Source of the DNA: Eledone cirrhosa
Lineage: Eukaryota
Direction of reading: 5' to 3'
Assembly (NCBI GenBank): GCA_964016885.1
Contig: OZ024763.1
Location: forward strand, 15,872,001 to 15,936,000
DNA length: 64,000 nucleotides
Made by a program: the position numbers and the translations under genes. Of the stretch, positions 26,466 to 40,026 are shown in pieces (position 1 is the stretch's first letter; each line of letters opens with the position of its first letter). Below the pieces are notes generated by a model. That model worked only from the letters and a program-made list of their open reading frames with translations. It had not been told where the DNA came from and ran no database searches.

Positions 26466-26546
26466 ATATATATATATATTAGAAGGTGAGTAATATTGTA
26501 GAACAATAAACAAGTGCTATTATGCCTCATATCATTGTACCTTATT

Positions 26547-26610
26547 TTTTATCTGAAGAGAACACAATATGTCCCAGGATGATTTTGTATTCGAAATACG
26601 TATAATAAAA
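26547..26610 (+). ncRNA. type I hammerhead ribozyme motif (divergent family A relative)
   Basis: ttttat-CTGAAGA-gaacacaa...ttgtattc-GAAA-tacgta-TA-ataaaa. Confidence 0.75.
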
Positions 26611-26647
26611 TATATGGAACTCTTATAACCATCTTTTATTTCATTTT

Positions 26648-26697
<50 letters not shown>

Positions 26698-27055
26698 TAT
26701 AAAGAAAAAGGGATGAAATCGAAAATGCAACTGAAGTCTTATTTTTTTAAAAAATATATATATTTTTATTTGGTTCCTTTACCGGTTTCGCAGTTCTTCT
26801 GCTTTTCAAAAGGTGAGTTGAGATGGAGGGTCTGTGGTTTTTCTCAGATGTGAGAAAAACCACAGACCCTCCATCTCAACTCACCTTTTGAAAAGCAGAA
26901 GAACTGCGAAACCGGTAAAGGAACCAAATAAAAATATATATATTTTTTTTAAAAATAAGACTTCAGTTGCATTTTCGATTTCATCCCTTTTTCTTTATAC
27001 TTCCACTCGTGTAGGACACCTCGGTTATTTTTCATTTTGTAAAAAAAAACCTCAC

Positions 27056-27060
<5 letters not shown>
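26698..27060 (+). mobile_element. fold-back element family F (3' half GAAA-CCGG-TA)
   Basis: ~145-bp arms centred ~26848 plus a 3' extension; diverged relative at ~10890-11180 (-). Confidence 0.65.
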
Positions 27061-27123
<63 letters not shown>

Positions 27124-27805
27124 AACAACACAATATGTAATTATTTCATTATCGAAGGTTTCAAGAAACTAGATGATTCTTGCAAGGCACGTCTAGCTCG
27201 TTCGTTAGACAAAATAATGAAATAATTATATTGTGTTGTTTATTATGTAATTAAATAGCTCTGTACAATACATAGAGCACTCGTTTTTCTTTTACCTTTT
27301 GTACGGGAATACTTAACACACACACATACATACATACATACATACATACATACATACATACATACATACATACATACATACATACATACATACATACATA
27401 CATACATACATACATACATACATACATACATACTTGTGTATAATGGTAGCTATGGTGCTTCCATAGGCGGTAGGTATGCCAAAATTAGCACTCGATATTC
27501 AGCAGAGTAGAGTGTAGATAGTATAAAGAAAACGAAAAATCAGTGATGCATCTGGACCTAATTTATTGCGTGTTACAATTGTTTCGCCGGGTGTTATCAT
27601 CAAAAAACACCCTTTGAGGGTGTTTTTTGATGATAACACCCCAGTGATAAAATTTGCTCCGAACGAACTACCCGTGTCTGAAAGAACCTGCAGCCGTAGA
27701 ATCAGCCAGATCCATACAAGGACCATGTCTCGAGCTACCTGCCGGCGAAACAATTGTAACAAGCAATAAACTGAGTCCAGATGCATCACTGATTTTTCGT
27801 TTTCT

Positions 27806-27835
<30 letters not shown>

Positions 27836-27836
<1 letters not shown>

Positions 27837-27893
27837 TTATCTGATGAAAACGTACTGAAACACCATTGTACCTCTGAAATATGTATAATAAAA
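27836..27893 (+). ncRNA. type I hammerhead ribozyme motif (family B)
   Basis: tttat-CTGATGA-aaacgtac...gtacctct-GAAA-tatgta-TA-ataaa. Confidence 0.65.
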
Positions 27894-27954
27894 TATATAC
27901 TTTGGTTATGATATTTCTCATTTATTAATATTTTGAATAATATTATATATATGG

Positions 27955-28140
27955 TGGATTGGCAGTATCGGTAGAGGGTCGGACGCCATGCTTTGACGCA
28001 TAGAGTAACGGCCCTTCATGATTTGAGTTCGAATCCCGCCGAGGTTAACTTTGCTTTTCATCCTTACGGGGTCGATAAAATAAAGTACCAGTAATACACT
28101 GGGTATTTGCTGGCCTTGTGCCAAAAGTAGAAACAATTAT
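27955..28140 (+). mobile_element. Nin/Deu-like tRNA SINE
   Basis: Full-length copy. Confidence 0.85.
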
Positions 28141-28464
<324 letters not shown>

Positions 28465-28830
28465 AGGAGGTGGGTTTTATTGTAGCACAATAAAGCAATG
28501 CATAAACTTCAACTTTTAATTTCAAATTCTTTTAAATTATCTATTATCTTCCAACGGCTTTTTAACTTCTCTCTCTGAGACAATATATATTTTTCTCTCA
28601 GTTGTATAGGCTATCTCTCTCTATCACCCATCTCTCCTCCTCTCTCATCCTTCCTTCTTATACTCCTCCCCCACGATTCTTTACTCTCATCTCCTCCCCT
28701 TCCTTACCTTTTCCAACCCCACCCCCTCACTTTTTCCCAATATCACACATCAATCTTAAATTATTTTTCATATGTTGATTTAAAACTTCACTATTCACAA
28801 GTGTTTTTTAAGCTTCATATCATGTATCCC

Positions 28831-28901
28831 TATTTTATCTGATGAAAACGCAAATATCATTCCATGATGATATTTGTTTTTGAAATGCGCATAATAAAAT
28901 A
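28831..28901 (+). ncRNA. type I hammerhead ribozyme motif (family A)
   Basis: tattttat-CTGATGA-aaacgcaaatatcat...atgatatttgttttt-GAAA-tgcgca-TA-ataaaata. Confidence 0.8.
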
Positions 28902-29300
28902 CTTGGAACTCTTTTAACCATCTTTTCATCTTATATTTGTTTCTACTTTAGGCACAAGGCCAGCAATAACCCAGTGTATTACTGGTACTTTATTTTATCG
29001 ACCCCGTAAGGATGAAAGGCAAAGTCAACCTCGGCGGGATTTGAACTCAGATCGTAAAGGGACGTATATTATATATATATAAGCAAAGGGATATTTAATT
29101 TGTTGGTAATTCAACAAATATATATATTTATAACTGATTCGAAGCACTCGACAGATTTTCTGGAGTATAATATCAATGATATTAATAAATGGAAACTATA
29201 TTTATAAACCCATATTTATTCTATTATATATATATATGCCTTTGAAATATAATAGAATAAATATGGTTTTATTAATATAGTTTCCATTTATTTAATATCA

Positions 29301-29359
<59 letters not shown>

Positions 29360-29532
29360 TAAAATAATAGATTAAAGTTTAAGCAAAGAATCGCTGCTTT
29401 CACCCTTAACGGGATCTGCTTCAACTTTAATCTGTTATTTTAATAAATATTTGCTCTACGGTTCTTATATATTTGATATATATTTTCCTTATCAAGCCCT
29501 CTTTGGATTTTAGTCTTCAATTTTATTATTAT

Positions 29533-29580
<48 letters not shown>

Positions 29581-29646
29581 TGGAATACTGTTATATATTA
29601 TGGAATACTGTTGGCTTTTGCTACAATGTTTTCTATACCTTTCATT

Positions 29647-29689
<43 letters not shown>

Positions 29690-29788
29690 GAGGTGAAATG
29701 CGCATAATAAAATACTTGGAACTCTTTTAACCATCTTTTTGATCTTATATAATATATATATATATAATATAATATATATATATATATA

Positions 29789-29846
<58 letters not shown>

Positions 29847-29872
29847 TGTAATAAACAACATAAGATAATTAT

Positions 29873-29930
29873 TTCATTTACCAGTGGTTTCTTGAAAGCA
29901 ACCAAAATTGCTTTCATTCATCAGAATGAA
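29873..29930 (-). ncRNA. type I hammerhead ribozyme motif (family G)
   Basis: Minus strand: ttcatt-CTGATGA-a-tgaaagcaa(ttttgg)ttgctttca-a-GAAA-ccactgg-TA-aatgaa; 6-bp helix I and 9-bp helix II. Confidence 0.8.
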
Positions 29931-30025
29931 AATATCCTGGTGTCTTTATTGACAGTGGATTTGAAAAACAAATATATATATATGTGTGCGTGTGTGTGTG
30001 TGTGCGTGTGCGTGTGCGTGTGCGT

Positions 30026-30056
<31 letters not shown>

Positions 30057-30259
30057 CATCACTTTCAGTCGATATATCTGTCAGTTCGGCTGTCCTCTCC
30101 CTCCCAAATCTCCCTAGTTGTTGAGGATGCGTTCCCTGAATCTGTGTGAGTCAGCCCAACCTGTTTTTCCACAGCTAACACCCGCCTCTATAGACGACAC
30201 GCGTTCTTCTTGTGTATGTTTCATTTCCCTTCTAACGCTCCTTCTTCTCTGTCACTCCC

Positions 30260-31830
30260 ACTACAACTACTGTACCACCGCTGCCGTTACAACGACGACC
30301 ACCACAAACACTACCACTGACATGACTACCACCAACATCACCACCACCACCACCACCATCACCATCATCACCATCATCACTATCACCACCACCACAAACA
30401 ACGACTACAACCACGACCACCACTATCACCACTACCACAAACACTACCACCAACATCACCACCACCACAAACACTACCACCAACATCACCACTACCACAA
30501 ACACTACCACCAACATCACCACCACCACAAACACTACCACCAACATCACCACCACCACAAACACTACCACCAACATCACCATCACCACAAACACTACCAC
30601 CAACATCACTACCACCAACATCACCACCACCACAAACACTACCACCAACATCACCACCACCACAAACACTACCACCAACATCACCATCACCACAAACACT
30701 ACCACCAACATCACCACCACCACAAACACTACCACCACAAACACTACCACCAACATCACCATCACCACAAACACTACCAGCAACATCACCACTACCACAA
30801 ACACTACCACCAACATCACCACCACCACAAACACTACCACCAACATCACTACCACCAACATCACCACCACCACAAACACTACCACCAACATCACTACCAC
30901 CAACATCACCATCACCACAAACACTACCACCACAAACACTACCACCAACATCACCATCACCACAAACACTACCACCAACATCACCACCACCACAAACACT
31001 ACCACCAACATCACTACCACCAACATCACCACCACCACAAACACTACCACCAACATCACTACCACCAACATCACCATCACCACAAACACTACCACCAACA
31101 TCACCACCACCACAAACACTACCACCAACATCACCATCACCACAAACACTACCACCAACATCACCACCACCACAAACACTACCACCAACATCACCACCAC
31201 CACAAACACTACCACCAACATCACCACCACCACAAACACTACCACCAACATCACCACCACCACAAACACTACCACCAACATCACCACCACCACAAACACT
31301 ACCACCAACATCACCACCACCACAAACACTACCACCAACATCACCACTACCACAAACACTACCACCAACATCACCACCACCACAAACACTACCACCAACA
31401 TCACCACTACCACAACGACTACAACCACGACCACGATGACCACAAACACCACCACCACAACAACGACTACAACCAACATCGCCATCACCATCATCACTAT
31501 CACCACAACGACTACAACCAACACCACCACGACCACAACCACCACCACCACCACCATCACCACAAACACCATCACTACCACCACCACCACCACCATCACC
31601 ACAAACACCACGACAACAACGACGACCACCACCACCACCACCATCACCACAAACACCATCACTACCATCATCATCACCAAAAACACCACTACCACTACCA
31701 ACAAAAACACCACCACTACTACACACACCACCATAAACATCACTACCACACCAGCAACAGCACCACCAACACAATGACTACCACCAACACCACCACCATC
31801 ATCATCACCACTACTACACACACCACCGCC
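30260..31830. repeat. CAC-rich repeat with a 30-bp higher-order unit
   Basis: CACAAACACTACCACCAACATCACCACCAC repeated; open in several frames on both strands. Confidence 0.9.
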
Positions 31831-31885
31831 ACCATGACATTTCAGTGACCATTACTCATTCATCAGAGCTCCCTGATGTAACGAA

Positions 31886-32015
31886 GACACACACACACAC
31901 ACACACACACACTCTCTCTCTCTCTGACACACACACGGTCTTTCTCTTTCACACACACACACACTCTCTCTCTCTCTCTGACACACACACGGTCTTTCTC
32001 TTTCACACACACACA

Positions 32016-32052
<37 letters not shown>

Positions 32053-32087
32053 ACACACACGGTCTTTCTCTTTCACACACACACACA

Positions 32088-32124
<37 letters not shown>

Positions 32125-32277
32125 ACACACACGGTCTTTCTCTTTCACACACACACACACTCTCTCTCTCTCTCTGACACACACACGGTCTTTCTCTTTC
32201 ACACACACACACACTCTCTCTCTCTCTCTCTCTCTCTCTGACACACACACGGTCTTTCTCTTTCACACACACACACG
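31886..32277. repeat. compound tandem repeat of (CA)n(TC)n plus GACACACACACGGTCTTTCTCTTT
   Basis: Six units with variable microsatellite lengths. Confidence 0.85.
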
Positions 32278-32506
32278 CTACATGTTTGAACAACTTGCCA
32301 AAAGGGAGAAAGAAAAGGGAATGCCTACATGTTTCAACAACCCTCTCCTCACCGACCTCTCCACCTACTCCCATCCCCTTCCTCCTCCTTCTTCTCTACT
32401 TCCTCTCCTCCCTTTCTCCTCTTTAACTCCATAAACCACGTGCTGAATAAACGACTCGCTGTTTGGAGAGCAACGATAATCAAGGATTATAGATGGCTTC
32501 ATGTGT

Positions 32507-33037
<531 letters not shown>

Positions 33038-33038
33038 C

Positions 33039-33422
33039 AATATATTAATAAATGGAAACTATATTTATAAAGCCATAATTATTTTTTTATATATATTTCA
33101 AGGGCAACCAAGGCAATCTTGGTGCGCTTTCATCAAATAAAATACAAGATTTGTTTTATAAATAGTGACATAACCGTGGAAAACAACCTTGACGGTTATG
33201 TCACTATTTATAAAACAAATTTTGTATTTTATCTGATGAAAGCGCACCAAGATTGCCTTGGTTGCCCTTGAAATATATATAATAAAATAATTATGGTTTT
33301 ATAAATTTAGTTTCCATTTATTAATATATTGAATATTTACTCCAGTAACTTGTTGAGTGCTTTATATCAGTTATAAACTTTTAAGTTTGTTGGAATCCCA
33401 ACAAATTAAATATAACTTCTGC
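33039..33422 (+). mobile_element. fold-back element family B with hammerhead at 33225-33289 (+)
   Basis: tattttat-CTGATGA-aagcgcaccaag(attgc)cttggttgccctt-GAAA-tatata-TA-ataaaata; the mirror copy on the left arm has a TTGATGA core. Confidence 0.8.
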
Positions 33423-33495
33423 ATATATATATATATATAGAGAGATATATATCAATGATATTAATAAATGGAAACTATACTTATAAAACCATATT

Positions 33496-33556
33496 TATTC
33501 TATTATATATATTTCAAGGGTAACAAAACTTTGGTACGCTCTCATCAGATAAAATA
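33496..33556 (-). ncRNA. type I hammerhead ribozyme motif (family B)
   Basis: Minus strand: tattttat-CTGATGA-gagcgtaccaaa..tttgttaccctt-GAAA-tatata-TA-atagaata. Confidence 0.65.
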
Positions 33557-34294
33557 CAAAGTTTGTTTTATAAATATTGACATATCCAGGAATGAGACCT
33601 TAACGGTTGAAGTTTCACCTGGATAGTCTATCCAGGTGAAACTTAAACCGTTAAGGAGAGTTAACAAATAAAATGAAAAAGAAAATGTCCCTAAATGTTT
33701 TAAAGGTCAGATTCGTTACCCCCCCCCCCCCTCCACGCACACACACACTGAAAAACCCACAGGAAAAAACAAATTTCATCTGTAAACCCAAGAACCCCAA
33801 GTCTGCCTCACCCCACACCCCCAGAAAGACAGCTGGAAAGAACTTTAATTAAAACAAACAAAACGAATAATTTCCGATTATTTTCAAGGCCAGTTTCGTT
33901 AAAGATACTCACAAGAAATGAAAAATAGAAAATCAGATTCCACCACCAAAAGGTGACGGGTGTAGAAGTAAAATTTAACCCAAAGTAAATAAATACTTAA
34001 ATAACAGAAGTCCAACGAACTTATGATTCCAGATCGATACAGTTCGAACATTGAGCTGATCAATCGCGAAACGCGCGTCACTACTCAATAGGTAAACGTA
34101 ATGAAGACAACAAACCGTCCTCATTATTGTTTTAGCAGTATTGGTAGAGGGTCAGACATGCTTTCCAGCGTAGTTACATTCCTTTACGATCTGAGTTCAA
34201 ATCCCGCTGAGGTTAACTGGCCTTGTGCCAAAAGTAGAAATTATTATTATTATTATTATTATTGTTATTACTATATATACAAAAATAATAAATA

Positions 34295-35013
34295 CAATAA
34301 CAGCAATGTTACATGGTAGTGAGACCTGGGCGCTGTCTGTAGAAGACTTGCGTAGGTTAGAAAGAAACGAAGCTTGTATGCTCCGATGGATGTGTAATAG
34401 TAATATACGCGAACGGCAAAGCATAAACGAATTGAAAGCGAGACTAAGCATAAGAGGTATCAAATGCTATGTGCAGGAGAGGAGGTTGCGTTGGTATGGA
34501 CACGTGATGCATATGAAGGATGACAGCTGCATAAAAAGGTGCAGAGCACTAAAAGTCGATGGAAGCCTTGGAGTGGGGAGACCCAAGAAGACCTGGGATG
34601 ATGTGATAAAAGCTGACCTTGCCCAATTGCACCTCTCAAAGGTGATGACACAGGACCAAGACCTCTGGCGTCACGCAGTAATACAGAAGACCCGACTTAC
34701 CACGGGAACAAGCCGAAGCTGAAGCATATAGACAATATGCCCCTAGTCCACTCCCACTGCAAAGTGGTCGTGGAGGTGTCACGACAAAAAGCACCCAGTT
34801 CACACTGTAAAGTGGTCGTATAGGCACCACGGAAAAAAAAGCACCCACCACTCACTGTAAATGAGGTGGGTGTTAGGAAGGGCATCCAACTGTAGAAATC
34901 AAGCCAGAATCAGTTCTGTATGAGCAAGGCATGGTCACCTGACCTGGCACTGCCCACAACAGGACAACCCGTCTAACCCATGCTAGCGTGGAAGAATGGA
35001 CGTAAAACGGCGA

Positions 35014-35017
<4 letters not shown>
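34295..35017 (+). pseudogene. RTE LINE 3' end with extended 3' region
   Basis: AMLHGSETW...RRLERNEA.MLRWMC...RRLRWYGHVM...GRPKKTW, followed by a 3' region ending ..TGGACGTAAAACGGCGATGAT; related 3' ends at ~44830-45075, 52345-52745 and 53320-53470. Confidence 0.85.
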
Positions 35018-35073
<56 letters not shown>

Positions 35074-35238
35074 GGTGTGAGATGCTTAAAGCGTCCGTAT
35101 GCGGTATGCCGTTTGAGCACTCGATGCTCTGACAGAGCAGAATATAATATCACATAAGAAACGGAGAATCAGTGGTGCGACGAATTAAAATGTCTAATAA
35201 ATTTTAATTGGTCGTACCACTGATTCTCCGTTTCTTAT

Positions 35239-35279
<41 letters not shown>

Positions 35280-35386
35280 ATAATAATAAATTTGAAGACT
35301 AAAATCCAAAGAGGGCTCGATGAGGATAAATATATATCAAATATATAAGAACCGTAGAGCAAATATTTATTAAAATAACAGATTAA

Positions 35387-35437
35387 AGTTTAAGCAAAGA
35401 ATCGCTGCTTTCACCCTTAACGGGATCTTCTGAAACT
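35387..35437 (-). ncRNA. hammerhead-like motif with variant core CAGAAGA (family H)
   Basis: Minus strand: agttt-CAGAAGA-t-ccc(gttaa)ggg-t-GAAA-gca(gcgattctt)tgc-TT-aaact. Confidence 0.55.
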
Positions 35438-35610
35438 AACAAAGTCAATCTGTAAACGCAGAAGTGGATATTTCAAAAAACGTTGCAACCGGAGGAAGAC
35501 AGGAAGACGATATGTTTTCCTGCTTGGTACGGGTATGTTCTTTGTAGAAATATTCAGATGTTGTTTCTGCATGATGAATATAAGTCAGTAGAGTGCTCAA
35601 CCGAGGGAGC

Positions 35611-35661
<51 letters not shown>

Positions 35662-35695
35662 GAAAAAAAAAAATATACAATACTTAAATAAATAT

Positions 35696-35877
35696 ACCGT
35701 ATTTCCCGGCGCTGAAGACGTTTCGTCCTCGAGGACGCACCCTAATTTTGACAACTCAAAATTTAGAAAAAAAATAATAAACCTTCGGGCTCCAGGACGC
35801 ATGGTAGATTTTTTTTTTTTTTTAGACTTATTTTAGGGGGGGGGGGGATAGAGTTTTCGACAGCGGGAAATACGGTA
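35696..35877. mobile_element. Tc2/pogo-like MITE
   Basis: TA-CCGTATTTCCCG ... CGGGAAATACGG-TA terminal inverted repeats with TA TSD; a lone related end at ~40204. Confidence 0.75.
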
Positions 35878-36328
35878 TATACATACACATATATATAATA
35901 CTTAATTACATAAATAAATATACACACATACACAATATATAATACTTAGTTCCATAAATATAAAACTTTGATAGGTTTCGGCCAGTATTGGCCGAATAGT
36001 CATGTCTAACTTAAGGGCACCACCTGGCGAAGTCTTTCAAACCAGGATTTGGACACAATGGCTCACTCAAATTATTGTTTACAGGGTCATATCCGGGTGT
36101 AGGAGGTTTACCTGGGATTTCTTGAAGGGATTTCTCCAAGGACTTTTTGTATTTTATGGGGTCTGTTTCTGTTTTTATGTGTTTTGGTTTGATTTCACAA
36201 TAATAATATATATACGGTATATATATATATATATATATACAATATAAACAGTATATATATACACATATGTACAGTATATATACAATACTTAATTACATAA
36301 ATATACACATAAATAATATATATAATAC

Positions 36329-36370
<42 letters not shown>

Positions 36371-36373
<3 letters not shown>

Positions 36374-36832
36374 GTATAGGATTATCCAAGATGTAGTAAT
36401 GGTTAATTACTACACTGGATATGGTTGACGTACGGTAAGAGGTTACTCTACGAGTTATGGAAGAATTGTTGAAGAAACTTAGTTCCTGATCCTTCAGTAT
36501 TCCGAAGTGTATATAAAGAATGAATAATAACAGGGAGACATCATAAAAAGGTAATTTATTCCGTGTGCTTACAAGTGTTTCCACGGTGGTACTGCAGCCT
36601 AGTTATGCTACGTGCAAATTCACAAGTACTTGCAGAACTCAAATATCCAATGCTGTGACCACTGTTTCCTCAGAAACAGTGGTCACAGCATTCTGGGATA
36701 TTTGAGTTCTGCAAGTACTTGTGAATTTGCACGTAGCATAACTAGGCTGCAGTACCACCGTGGAAACACTTGTAAGCACACGGAATAAATTACCTTTTTA
36801 TGATGTCTCCCTGTTATTATTCATTCTTTATA
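36371..36832 (-). mobile_element. fold-back element family I, putative hammerhead with long helix II
   Basis: ~160-bp arms centred on tttCCTCAGaaa. Minus strand reads CTGAGGA-aacagtggt...~75 nt...accaccgtg-GAAA-cacttg-TA. Confidence 0.6.
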
Positions 36833-36853
36833 TATATATATATATATATATAT

Positions 36854-37206
36854 GCAAAAGTTCTATTTAAATTGTTGGAATACAACAAGTAAATATTTTT
36901 ATAACTGATATAAAGCACTCGACAAATATTTGGAGTAGATATACGATATTAATAAATGGAAACTATATTTATAAAACCATATTTATTTCATTATACATAT
37001 TTCAGGGATACCAAATTAAATTATGGTATGCCTTCATCAGACAAAATACAAAGGGTACGTCAATGCTTATTTGTAAAACTGTTATATATTATATATAATA
37101 TATTGTATTTTGTCTGATGAAGGCATACCATAATTTAATTTGATATCCCTGAAATATGTATAATGAAATAAATATGGTTTTATAAATATAGTTTCCATTT
37201 ATTAAT

Positions 37207-37210
<4 letters not shown>
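36854..37210 (-). mobile_element. fold-back element family B with hammerheads at 36984-37048 (-) and 37106-37170 (+)
   Basis: tattttgt-CTGATGA-aggcatacca...tgatatccct-GAAA-tatgta-TA-atgaaata on both arms. Confidence 0.75.
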
Positions 37211-37270
<60 letters not shown>

Positions 37271-37864
37271 TGAATAATATTTAGATACATAAATATGTAC
37301 ACATAAATAATATATATTTAATATTTAAATACATAAATAAGGGCGGTGCCCCAGCATGGCCTCAGCCGGATGGCTGGAACAGGTAAAAGAGTAAATATAT
37401 ACACATATAATAAAATATATTTAAATACATAAATATATACACATATATATATATATATTTAAATACATAAATATATATATATTTAAATACATAAATATAT
37501 ATATATTTAAATACATAAATATATACACATATATATATATATATATTTAAATACATAAATATATATATATTTAAATACATAAATATATATATATTTAAAT
37601 ACATAAATATATATATATTTAAATACATAAATATATATATATTTAAATACATAAATATATATATATTTAAATACATAAATATATATATATTTAAATACAT
37701 AAATATATACACATATAAATAATATATATAATACTAAAATACATAAATATATATACATACATATAATATATATAATATTTAATTACATAAATAGATATAC
37801 ACATAAACATATAGAATTAAAATGAAAGAGAATATTAAGTCGACACATGGGGTGTCGCAGCCTC

Positions 37865-38450
37865 CCTCTAATACTTTTTGAGGCAAGCCAACACACGAGC
37901 AGCATTACCGGGGGAGATGGCGAGACTAAGACACTGGGATAACCAAGCACCTTCAATAGGAGCATCACTGGATATCTCGGTATGGCTGGGTGATGGCGAG
38001 ACTAAAACACTGGAACAACCAACACCCTTGCCAGGAGCATCACTGGATACCTCGGTAAGGCTGGGTGATGGCGAGGCTAAGACAATGGGACATCCAAGCA
38101 CCCTTACTAGGAGCATCACCTGATACCTCGGTAAGGCTGGGTGATAGCGAGACTAAGACGCTGGAACAACCAAGCACCCTCACTAATAGCATCACCTGAT
38201 ACCTCGGTAAGACTGGGTGATAGCGAGACTAAGACGCTGGAACAACCAAGCACCCTCACTAATAGCATCACCTGATACCTCGGTAAGACTGGGTGATAGC
38301 GAGACTAAAACGCTGGAACAACCAAGCACCCTCACTAATAGCATCACCTGATACCTCGGTAAGGCTGGGTGATAGCGAGACTAAGACACTGGAACAACCA
38401 AGAGCATCGCCTGACATTTAAGTAAGGCGAGCGAGCCGCCAACGATGACA
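37865..38450. repeat. 76-bp tandem repeat (~6.5 units) inside a dispersed element
   Basis: GCATCACCTGATACCTCGGTAAG... recurs at 38113, 38189, 38265 and 38341; flanks match ~40459-40545 (-) and ~43620-43710 (+). Confidence 0.8.
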
Positions 38451-39820
38451 AGAGTTTCGTTGTCAACAACCCAGCTTCCCTAAAAGTCTCGAATATCTGT
38501 CACAACCTGGAAAAGAAATAATAGCTTGACGATAGTTCCCAATATTTTTAAATGACCCTCACAGTAAAATATAGAAGTAACGTACTTACAAGAAGAGTCA
38601 GTAATTCCTTTCCTTCCAAAATTATTTCAATGAACGAAGACTGAAATATGTAATTCTCACTTCAGTGTTACTTCAAATCACGTTGGGTTTTTTTTTTTTA
38701 AAGTTATTTTCGACATTACAATGTTCATGAAATTTGTTACCGTTGTTTAATTTAACGAGTAAAACAACACAAAACAAAAAAATTGTATAATTGGAGATAA
38801 GTTCTATATTCAGTGATTATCGTCGTGGGCCTGAGAATTATTTTTCTATTAAATGGACATGGAGTTGTCCCAATGAAAATAGGCGGGCTTTGAAATTCTT
38901 TTTTTTTTCTTCTTTCTACTGACGTAAAATTATGAAAACAAACTGCTTGACTTTAATTTTTGAGACAAATAATTCAGAAATGAAAGGCAAAACTAACCTC
39001 GATGGTATTTGAACTCAGAATGTAAACAGCCATAACTCTATGCCGGAAAGCATGTCCGATGCTCGAGAATTTTTTTTTTTTTTTGGTCAATTTAGAGAGT
39101 GATGAGAGAAAAATTATTTAAATAAAATTTTCCATGTTTTATTCTTATATCGGCTACTCTGATAGGTTTGAGGGTAGAATCTGTAGCTGCGGTGACTTGC
39201 GACGTTCTTTGCCCCCGGGCAATATCCCTGCTTGCTGCTAAACATTGTTGATGTAAAATTTAGTCATTTTTGTCGGAAAATTATGGACGTTTTAGTTTTA
39301 ACCCAACCAAAAATGATAGAAGTAATACCTTATGGCAATTGGAGCGGAGTTGGCTATCCGCAGGTGCCAACCCCACGATGTGGAATGGCTGTTCCAACAC
39401 TTTTCCCTCGCTGTCCTCCGGAGTAATGTCTTCTCCATCATGTCAACTGCCGAGACCAAGAGGCCGAGGTTAAGTTAGTTGAAGGTGGAGGATATTCGAT
39501 CTGATTCACCACTAATATCAAGACATGAACGATTGATATTCTATCATTAACACATTAATTTCAATTAGTTGTTTCCAAACAGAAACAGCTGGTGAAAAAA
39601 TAAATTATATTTCTCTGGCCTAGGTGCAGAGTCTATCATCATCTCCCCGTCCCCCTTTCTTTCTTCCGTAGCCTACAAATCCTTGCTCTTTCCCTCTCAT
39701 TTATCGCATTTAAAGTCCTTTCCAACACTTTTCTTTTTCTGTACATTTTATTGAACAACATTCCATATCTGTCAAATAAATGCCTGTATTTATGTAAATA
39801 AAATTTTAGAATAATAAAAA

Positions 39821-40026
39821 TAGAAATAGAAACTTTCGCCGTATTTTTTTTACTAAAGAAATGTTAGCCCAATAGTAGGGTTTAGAACCCTCTAAGAAAT
39901 AGAAAAGGATTAGTATTTACGTCAATACTAACCTTTTTCCATTTCTAAGAGGGTTGGTTCTAAACCCCACTATTAGGCTAAAATTTCTTTAGTCAAAAAT
40001 ACGGCGAAAGCTTCTATTTCTATTTT
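39821..40026. mobile_element. decayed fold-back element (3' half GAAA-GC-TT)
   Basis: ~95-bp imperfect arms centred ~39920. Confidence 0.5.

Noticed and set aside
26698-27000. fold-back elements as classical MITEs
   Set aside because: Arms are asymmetric, fold points differ between copies of one family, no conserved terminal motif is shared by both ends, and ribozyme motifs are present.
30118-31848. 576-aa His-rich ORF (possible histidine-rich structural protein)
   Set aside because: The CAC-based repeat is open in several frames on both strands, lacks a convincing start context or non-repetitive domain, and resembles other CAC tracts in the window; a coding role cannot be supported without RNA data.
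39180-39480. possible exon in unique, moderately GC-rich sequence
   Set aside because: Short ORFs on both strands with no recognisable domain or convincing splice pair.
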